From: Ignavibacteria bacterium
GTDB taxonomy: Bacteria > Bacteroidota > Ignavibacteria > Kapaibacteriales > UBA2268
Direction of reading: 5' to 3'
Length of the DNA stretch: 64,000 nucleotides
NCBI GenBank assembly: GCA_037440445.1
Contig: JBBIUA010000002.1
Coordinates: 136,848-200,847 of the forward strand
The translations under genes and the position numbers were made by a program. This document shows, piece after piece, positions 57,629 to 64,000 of this stretch; the first letter of the stretch is position 1, and the number at the start of each line of letters is the position of its first letter. The notes under the pieces were generated by a model. It ran no database searches. It had not been told where the DNA came from and worked only from the letters and a program-made list of their open reading frames with translations.

Positions 57629-58978
57629 ATGTTTGGCAAAATAAAATTTGTGTTTTTTTTATTGATAATTCCTTTCTGCAATGTTTTGTCTTATGGCAAT
57701 TCCATAGATGTTATTCTTTCAGATTTGAGAAGAATTTATAACGAAGCACAAGTCACAAATGAAGCTTGGGAAAGGCTTGCCATTCTTTGTGATGATTTTG
57801 GTCCCCGGCTTAGCGGAAGCGAAAATCTCGAGAAGGCATTTGATTGGTTAGAAATTCAATTAAAAAAAGAAGGTTTCGATAGCGTTTGGTCCGAAGAAGT
57901 ACAAGTGCCAAAATGGGTTCGTATTCGTGAAGAGTGTAAATTATTGTCTCCAAGAATTAAATCAATACCTGTTTTATCTTTTGGCGGCAGTGTTTCAACT
58001 CCGTCGAGTGGAATTACTGCTGAAGTTCTTGTGGTAAATAATTTTGAGGAACTTGAAAAGAATCGGGAGAAGGCAAAAGGGCGAATTGTAGTTTATAATC
58101 CACCCTACGAAGGTTATGGTAAAACTGTGCAATACCGATGGATTGGTGCAGTTCGTGCTGCACAATATGGTGCTGTTGCTGCTTTGTGTCGGGCTGTGAG
58201 TCCTCTTTCTATGAACAATCCACACACTGGAGTAATGCAATACGAAGATACTATTGCTAAAATTCCGTATGGTTCAATTTCTGAAGAAGACGCTTTGTTA
58301 CTTGAACGTTTCCAAAAGAGGGGAATAACACCAAAAATTTATTTATATATTGAAACCAAAGACTTTGGTAAGTCGCCTTCGAGAAATTTAATTGCGGAAA
58401 TAAGAGGTTCAACTTTTCCAGAAGAAATTATTGCATTCGGTGGGCATATAGATTCTTGGGATGTGGGAAGTGGAGCACACGACGATGGAGGTGGTTGTAT
58501 TGCTTCATGGCAGGCACTTAGAATTTTCAAAAAACTTGGAATTCAACCAAGGCGTACTCTTCGACTTGTTTTTTGGGTAAACGAGGAAAATGGTCTGGAA
58601 GGTGGAAAGCGTTATGCTGAACTTCATAAAAATGAAAATCATAAATTGCTTTTCGAGTTTGATTCAGGTGTCTTCCCTCCCAGCCTAATAGGTTTTTCTG
58701 GCCATGATACTCTTTGGTCAAAAGTTCAGACATTTACTGAAATTTTAAATAAGTTTTATCCTAATCTTCGGATACAAAAGGGCGGGGGAGGAGTTGATAT
58801 TTATCCTATGATGAAACTTGGTTTCCCTGCAGCATCTCTTGGAACTGATGATGGAGGCAAATATTTTTGGTATCACCACTCCGAAACCGATACTCCCGAC
58901 AAAGTTCAACCAAGCGACCTTAATAATTGCTCCGCAGTTATTGCAATGTTTATTTATTTGTATTCAGAACTTATTTAA
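57629..58978 (+). CDS. M28-family Zn peptidase with PA domain
   Basis: Signal peptide; FGGHIDSWDVGSGAHDDGGG and NEENGLEGG are the M28 metal-binding motifs. AAGGAG RBS before the ATG at 57629 (the ORF track starts at the TTG at 57617). Confidence 0.75.
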   Translation: MFGKIKFVFFLLIIPFCNVLSYGNSIDVILSDLRRIYNEAQVTNEAWERLAILCDDFGPRLSGSENLEKAFDWLEIQLKKEGFDSVWSEEVQVPKWVRIREECKLLSPRIKSIPVLSFGGSVSTPSSGITAEVLVVNNFEELEKNREKAKGRIVVYNPPYEGYGKTVQYRWIGAVRAAQYGAVAALCRAVSPLSMNNPHTGVMQYEDTIAKIPYGSISEEDALLLERFQKRGITPKIYLYIETKDFGKSPSRNLIAEIRGSTFPEEIIAFGGHIDSWDVGSGAHDDGGGCIASWQALRIFKKLGIQPRRTLRLVFWVNEENGLEGGKRYAELHKNENHKLLFEFDSGVFPPSLIGFSGHDTLWSKVQTFTEILNKFYPNLRIQKGGGGVDIYPMMKLGFPAASLGTDDGGKYFWYHHSETDTPDKVQPSDLNNCSAVIAMFIYLYSELI

Positions 58979-58985
58979 AAAGACT

Positions 58986-59507
58986 ATGGAAAAAGAAAAA
59001 TTAATTGTAAAGTTTGATGATAAACAATTTGAAGCATTGTTGAACTCTAGTAAGAAAGAAATTGAAATTGGTGATAAAATCTTTCATATTGAGTTAATAA
59101 AGGAACTTTCACCTGGAGTACTATCATTTCTCGTTAACAACCAAGTTGTTACGTTAGAAATACAAAAAAATGACAACGGTTTATTAACAATTATCAAAGA
59201 TGGTATTAGTTACGAAGTCCAAACAATTACAGAAACTGAAGAATTACTTCAAAAATTTACTTTAGAAAGTCAATCTTCGAAAGTTGGAGAAGTATATATA
59301 AAAGCACCTATGCCGGGTTTGATTGTTAAAGTTTTGGTTTCCGAAGGAGATTCCGTTAAAAAAGGGGATAAAGTTGTTATCTTGGAGGCTATGAAAATGG
59401 AAAATGCACTTTCGAGCCCAGTATCTGGCATTATCAAAAAAGTGTTTGCTACGGAAGGTAAAACCGTCGAAAAGGATGCAATTCTTGTCGAAATTCTGTC
59501 GAAATAA
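58986..59507 (+). CDS. Biotinyl/lipoyl-domain protein (BCCP-like, AMKM motif) with N-terminal extra domain
   Basis: C-terminal ...GDKVVILEAMKMENAL...G in the biotin-attachment context. The start at ATG 58986 follows the M28 stop; the track's upstream extension overlaps the M28 gene. Confidence 0.6.
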   Translation: MEKEKLIVKFDDKQFEALLNSSKKEIEIGDKIFHIELIKELSPGVLSFLVNNQVVTLEIQKNDNGLLTIIKDGISYEVQTITETEELLQKFTLESQSSKVGEVYIKAPMPGLIVKVLVSEGDSVKKGDKVVILEAMKMENALSSPVSGIIKKVFATEGKTVEKDAILVEILSK

Positions 59508-59545
59508 ATTTTTCTTAATTATTTCCGTCGTTTTAATTTAAAAAT

Positions 59546-60970
59546 ATGTGGAATATGCGAATCCACTTGATATCTTATTTATTGCTGTTTGCCATATTTG
59601 TTTCCTGTTCATCTACAAAAAGGAAAACAGACTATGAACTGATTCGCGAAATTATGGATTCCCCTGATACTTTGGTTACCACAATTTTTCTAAAAGGCAC
59701 AAAGTCCATTGATTCTGTTGACCCACATTTGCTTCGATACGACATTTGGAGGATTGAAATAGATAAATATCCCGATACCGTAAAGCTTTTTGCCAGAGTT
59801 TTCGATGATCAAGGGAATTTTATATCGAATATGGCTGAACCCCATCGAAAGAGTGAACATAGATATTTTACAGTTCTTGAAGAATATCTTGGAAAAGTTT
59901 ATAATATAAGAAAAGTAGATATACCCGAATTCAATGTTCGTGAATATGGGGCTGGCGACTCTATTCCATATTACGTTGTTCTAACTGTTGATTATAGTGG
60001 CTCGATGAGTGGAGTAATGAATGCAATTTTCGAAGGTACCGAGCTTTTTATTTCGATGAAATATGATGCTGACAAAATTGCATTTTGCTCTTTTAATAAA
60101 GATTTTGATTTGAAAATACCTTTCGAAAAAGATAAGCAAAAATTAATAAATCAATTCCGTTCGAAGCGTGGGGAAGGTTTTGGCTATTATTCCGGTGTTT
60201 TCGATGCTTGCCGAAAAAGTATAGAATTGTTTAAGGATGTCCCAGAAGATGACTTTCCAAGAATTGTTGTTATCTTTTCCGATGGCGACGATAACTATTC
60301 GCAAACAAAGGTAGGGGAAATTATTAACCTTGCGAGGAATTTAAATGTTCATATTTTTTCCGTTGCTTTTGGATATTCAATTGATGAGAATTTGCAAGAG
60401 ATTTCTTTCAACACAGGTGGAAAATTTTACAAGGCTTTTTCGAAAGATGATTTAAAGCGAATATTTTTCGATATTTATATGAGTCTTCGAAATTACTATT
60501 TGATTACTTATAAGCCACCTAAGTTTTGGGGTTTCCATCGGGTAGTTTCATATTTGGATATACCAAACCGAAAAGATACACTTTGGACAGAGGGTTTTTA
60601 CGATACTTCCGAAATGTGGCGCGATACTGGAGATAGTTTCGTTAGGCCTATTTTGTTCGATTTTGATAAATGGGATATAAAACCAGAATCATACTCAATT
60701 ATTGATGAAATTGTCGACCAAATGCTATCGCGGCCTAAACTACGTTTAGAGATTCAAGGTCATACAGATAATGTAGGAACCATTGAGTACAACCAAAGGC
60801 TTTCTGAAAGGCGGGCAAAGGCAGTCTATGATGCTTTAGTCGAGCGAGGCGTTGACCCCAAGAGGCTTCGTTGGCGTGGATTTGGTATGTCGCAACCTGT
60901 GGCCTCGAACGATACTGAAGAAGGTAGGGCAAAAAATCGTAGAACTCAATTTCTTATTTTAGCAAAATAG
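59546..60970 (+). CDS. von Willebrand factor A domain protein with C-terminal OmpA-like domain
   Basis: Lipoprotein-like signal (FVSCSS); vWA MIDAS motif VVLTVDYSGSMSG; C-terminal OmpA_C-like motif (GHTDNVGTIEYNQRLSERRAKAV...NRRTQF). Confidence 0.65.
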   Translation: MWNMRIHLISYLLLFAIFVSCSSTKRKTDYELIREIMDSPDTLVTTIFLKGTKSIDSVDPHLLRYDIWRIEIDKYPDTVKLFARVFDDQGNFISNMAEPHRKSEHRYFTVLEEYLGKVYNIRKVDIPEFNVREYGAGDSIPYYVVLTVDYSGSMSGVMNAIFEGTELFISMKYDADKIAFCSFNKDFDLKIPFEKDKQKLINQFRSKRGEGFGYYSGVFDACRKSIELFKDVPEDDFPRIVVIFSDGDDNYSQTKVGEIINLARNLNVHIFSVAFGYSIDENLQEISFNTGGKFYKAFSKDDLKRIFFDIYMSLRNYYLITYKPPKFWGFHRVVSYLDIPNRKDTLWTEGFYDTSEMWRDTGDSFVRPILFDFDKWDIKPESYSIIDEIVDQMLSRPKLRLEIQGHTDNVGTIEYNQRLSERRAKAVYDALVERGVDPKRLRWRGFGMSQPVASNDTEEGRAKNRRTQFLILAK

Positions 60971-60973
60971 TGG

Positions 60974-61324
60974 GTGTTTTTTATGAGAACGTTATTTGTA
61001 ATTTTTGCAATTCTTTTTACAATTTCTAGTTGTGTGAAAAGGGGAATTGAAAAGAGTTATTACGAAAAGTTTGATGCAAAATTAAAATTGTTAATGAAAG
61101 AACCTGAATATTCAAAGAGTCAAAAACCAATTCGATGTGTGGTTGAGATGTATAAAAATTTGGATTATATTTTGAAAGATAAACTTGAAAGTGTCGGTTT
61201 GAAAGTTATTACTACTGCAGGCAATATTATCATTGTAGAAGGCTCATCAGAATCATTACATAAAGCAGCCCGATATGATTTTATCCATAGAATAAGTCTT
61301 TCACAAGAATATCAAGTGCATTAG
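60974..61324 (+). CDS. Hypothetical small lipoprotein
   Basis: 116 aa with signal peptide and lipobox (FTISSCV). No recognisable motifs. Confidence 0.35.
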   Translation: MFFMRTLFVIFAILFTISSCVKRGIEKSYYEKFDAKLKLLMKEPEYSKSQKPIRCVVEMYKNLDYILKDKLESVGLKVITTAGNIIIVEGSSESLHKAARYDFIHRISLSQEYQVH

Positions 61325-61347
61325 TTTGATTATTTATTGGAAAACAT

Positions 61348-63549
61348 ATGAATGGAATTAAAAATCTCCTTTTATTTTTCTTCCTGGCGATAAACATATT
61401 AACAGCAAAAAGTTTTGATAAACTAGATGCTTATTCAAAAGGGCTATTAACTAGAATTCTTCAACTTAAAAATGAACAAGATTTGATGCTTTTTACAAAA
61501 AATTATGAATATCCATTTCAACACATATGTGGGAAAGTTTGGGTCGATATACTTATCGAAACAGAAGATCCGAATTTTGATTTTGTTGATTTGGATGGAA
61601 TAAAATTCTTAGCGTCAGGAGGGAATGTTTTCGCTATAAGAACTCCTATTGATAAATTAAATGATTTTATTTCGGAAGATAAAATCCATCGGGTGCAATT
61701 CGGTAGGAAATACATAATTCAACTTGATTCTGTTCGAAAAAGTGTTCGTGCAAATGATGTCTACAATGGGCTATATTTACCAAAGAGTTACACTGGAAAG
61801 GGTGTAATTATTGGCGTTTTCGATACAGGGATTGATTATCAACATCCAGATTTTAATGACTCCACTGGAACAAGGATTTTATATCTTTGGGATATGTCCG
61901 AAAGTGGTTCGGACAAGCCACCACAAGGCTATGACTGGGGGCGGGAATATACGAAGGATGAAATTGATAACGAACCTGAAAAGGTGTTACAAAGAGATTT
62001 CGTTGGACATGGTACCCATGTTGCTGGTATTGCTGCTGGGGGTGGAAAATCAAATGCAGAATATCGTGGGATAGCTTCGGAAGCAAATTTGATTGTTGTT
62101 AAAGGTTCGCGGGAACCTTTTTCCGATAAATTTACAGATGCAGACATAATTGCAGGTTGTAGTTATATTTTTCGTAAAGCCGAAGAACTTGGTAAACCTT
62201 GTGTTGTAAATTTAAGCCTTGGTCTTCTTCTTGGCTCACACGATGGGGAAGATTTATTAAGCAAAGCACTGAATAATCTTGTATCTTCTACGCCTGGTAG
62301 GGCAATAGTTGCTTCTGCAGGTAATGCAGGGGACCTTCAAATTCATTCCGGGGGGAATGTAGGTTTGGGGCAAAGATTTGAACTTTTACTTTATCCAGTT
62401 AATATTTGCGATATCGAGCCTTCGCTTTGTCCGGATATTCCGAATTATTACATGTTCGGTGCTGATATTTGGACCGACCCTGATCTGATAGACTCTGTTT
62501 ACGTAGGAATTTATTCAGGCGAACAAGTTATTATTAGCGAAAAAGGTTTTTCATCAAAAGATGTTAAGGAAAATGTTCAGATATTCGATAAAGAAAACAA
62601 CCTTGTGGGAATAGTTTCAATTTCAAATTCAATAACTGAAATATCGGATAATATTCTAATTGTGATTTCAAACCAAGGGATTGAAGATTTACCCATTGAT
62701 AATTATCTTTGGAGTATTGTATTTGTTCCAAAAGCAAGTGGTCGATTCGACTCTTGGTCAGTTTTTCCGTTGGGCAGTCAACTTCCCATTAATTCTCGTT
62801 ACTTTCGTTTCCCAAGCGATAATGCAATGACTGTGGGTTCACCCGCTGTTGGGAAAAAAATAATCAGTGTGGGTTCGTATAATACAAAAAACCAATATGT
62901 TGATATTTTAGGGAGAAAACATAACTTATCAGATGATATTCAGATTGAATCCTTATCTTCATTTAGCAGTCGAGGACCTTCGAGGGATGGAAGAATTTTA
63001 CCGATTATTACAGCTCCTGGTGCAATAGTTGCTTCTACCTTTTCAAACTCGACAGACTTTAAACGATTTGATTCTACCGAACTAGTTGCGAATGGTATGT
63101 ACATTGTTAAATCAGGAACGAGTATGTCAGCTCCTTGTGTAACTGGGGCATTGGCACTTTTATTCGAACAATCGCCAAATCTATCTATTGACGAGATAAT
63201 CGACTTGTTAATAATTTCTGCTCGTAAAGATGAATTTACGACATTTGAACCAAACAACGATTATGGATGGGGAAAACTCGATATTCTTCGTTTATTACAA
63301 GTTATTACAGATGTTCAAGAGCAACTTGCTGCAAGCGAACTTTGTATATATCCAAATCCTGCTTTTGATAAGGTTTATTTCGCTGCTAAAGATGATATTA
63401 TTGATATTCAAATTTTTGATACTTTTGGAAAATTATGTATTATTGCCGAAAATAGGATAGCAAATTTGGCAGAATTAAATTCAGGAATATACTTTGCAAG
63501 AATAAGAACTCAATACAAAACATATACTTGTCCTTTTATTAAATATTGA
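61348..63549 (+). CDS. Subtilisin-like serine peptidase (S8) with T9SS C-terminal sorting domain
   Basis: Catalytic triad contexts GVFDTGID (Asp), HGTHVAGIAAG (His) and GTSMSAPCVTG (Ser). The C-terminal ~80 aa (...LNSGIYFARIRTQYKTYTCPFIKY) resemble a Por/T9SS CTD. Confidence 0.8.
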   Translation: MNGIKNLLLFFFLAINILTAKSFDKLDAYSKGLLTRILQLKNEQDLMLFTKNYEYPFQHICGKVWVDILIETEDPNFDFVDLDGIKFLASGGNVFAIRTPIDKLNDFISEDKIHRVQFGRKYIIQLDSVRKSVRANDVYNGLYLPKSYTGKGVIIGVFDTGIDYQHPDFNDSTGTRILYLWDMSESGSDKPPQGYDWGREYTKDEIDNEPEKVLQRDFVGHGTHVAGIAAGGGKSNAEYRGIASEANLIVVKGSREPFSDKFTDADIIAGCSYIFRKAEELGKPCVVNLSLGLLLGSHDGEDLLSKALNNLVSSTPGRAIVASAGNAGDLQIHSGGNVGLGQRFELLLYPVNICDIEPSLCPDIPNYYMFGADIWTDPDLIDSVYVGIYSGEQVIISEKGFSSKDVKENVQIFDKENNLVGIVSISNSITEISDNILIVISNQGIEDLPIDNYLWSIVFVPKASGRFDSWSVFPLGSQLPINSRYFRFPSDNAMTVGSPAVGKKIISVGSYNTKNQYVDILGRKHNLSDDIQIESLSSFSSRGPSRDGRILPIITAPGAIVASTFSNSTDFKRFDSTELVANGMYIVKSGTSMSAPCVTGALALLFEQSPNLSIDEIIDLLIISARKDEFTTFEPNNDYGWGKLDILRLLQVITDVQEQLAASELCIYPNPAFDKVYFAAKDDIIDIQIFDTFGKLCIIAENRIANLAELNSGIYFARIRTQYKTYTCPFIKY

Positions 63550-63613
63550 TAATTGATTTTTAGACATAATTTTATTCTTAACGTTAATGTATTTTTAACA
63601 AAAGTGGTTAATT

Positions 63614-63970
63614 ATGGAAATAGAAACTTTTCCAAATCCAAAACAGGGAAGAAAATATATAATAATCCACAGAAATCCAGAATTCACATCTGTTTGCCCG
63701 AAGACAGGCTTACCAGATTTTGGAACTGTAACGATAAAATACATTCCTGATAAATTATGTCTTGAACTTAAATCCTTAAAATATTATTTCTTGCAGTATC
63801 GTAATATGGGCATATTTTATGAAGCAGTTACCAATAAAATTCTCGACGATTTAGTTGCAGCCTGTGAACCTTTGGAAATGGAAGTGCAAACAGATTGGTC
63901 AACCAGAGGAGGAATGAATTCAACAATTATTGCAAAATATTCAAGAGAGGAGCAAAAGAATGAAAGTTAA
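63614..63970 (+). CDS. queF: NADPH-dependent 7-cyano-7-deazaguanine reductase (type I)
   Basis: 118 aa; catalytic Cys in EFTSVCPKTGLPDFG, and YRNMGIFYE (the QueF motif). Confidence 0.8.
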   Translation: MEIETFPNPKQGRKYIIIHRNPEFTSVCPKTGLPDFGTVTIKYIPDKLCLELKSLKYYFLQYRNMGIFYEAVTNKILDDLVAACEPLEMEVQTDWSTRGGMNSTIIAKYSREEQKNES

Positions 63971-64000
63971 AATTGCAAAAGAGTTTACTTGGCAAATGAG
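63967..64000 (+). CDS. Start of a downstream gene (possibly queD-like 6-carboxytetrahydropterin synthase); only 11 codons visible
   Basis: ATGAAAGTTAAAATTGCAAAAGAGTTTACTTGG encodes MKVKIAKEFTW, and its ATG overlaps the queF stop. The KEF(T/R)F start is reminiscent of QueD, but this is too short to call. Confidence 0.25.

Noticed and set aside
63550-63613. Possible preQ1 riboswitch upstream of queF
   Set aside because: The 64-nt AT-rich spacer shows no stable stem-loop/pseudoknot or the conserved preQ1-I aptamer core by eye. I would need a covariance-model scan (Rfam preQ1-I/II/III) to be sure.

Overview
This is a 64 kb AT-rich, gene-dense chromosomal segment with about 60 protein-coding genes and one tRNA-Gly(GCC). 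I found no rRNA, CRISPR array, transposase, integrase or phage gene. Two secreted proteins (the 1152-aa BNR/propeller protein and the S8 subtilisin) end in type IX secretion (T9SS) C-terminal sorting domains. Together with rpoN (sigma-54) and the overall gene content, that points to a Bacteroidota/Ignavibacteria-like (FCB group) organism. This is an inference, not a verified result. Recognisable housekeeping genes are gcvH, dapB, thpR, pfkA, a methionine-gamma-lyase-family PLP enzyme, rpoN, lipB, nadK, lgt, class I fbaB-type aldolase, a PhoR/PhoB-like two-component pair, def, two SurA/PpiD-like parvulin chaperones, pyrD, a bacterioferritin-like protein, mnmG, mraZ-rsmH, a SEDS (FtsW/RodA) gene, purC, gmhA, a TrkH-family transporter, dnaG, an MlaF-like ABC ATPase, a lytic transglycosylase, obg, an M28 peptidase and queF. 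Many adjacent genes overlap by 1-4 nt, and two convergent pairs abut with no spacer. I see no obvious defence or mobile island. The loci most worth a second look are: (i) a GH2-like periplasmic domain fused to a polytopic membrane domain in a gmhA-MFS(UMF1) operon; (ii) a T9SS cargo gene followed by overlapping MotB-like and beta-barrel outer-membrane genes; (iii) a cysteine-rich protein translationally coupled to rpoN; (iv) a CASTOR/POLLUX-like RCK channel with a non-canonical pore; (v) a family of terminator hairpins sharing a CTACCA/TGGTAG core, including an orphan hairpin in an otherwise empty 400-bp spacer. All family assignments are from reading motifs by eye. No database search was run.
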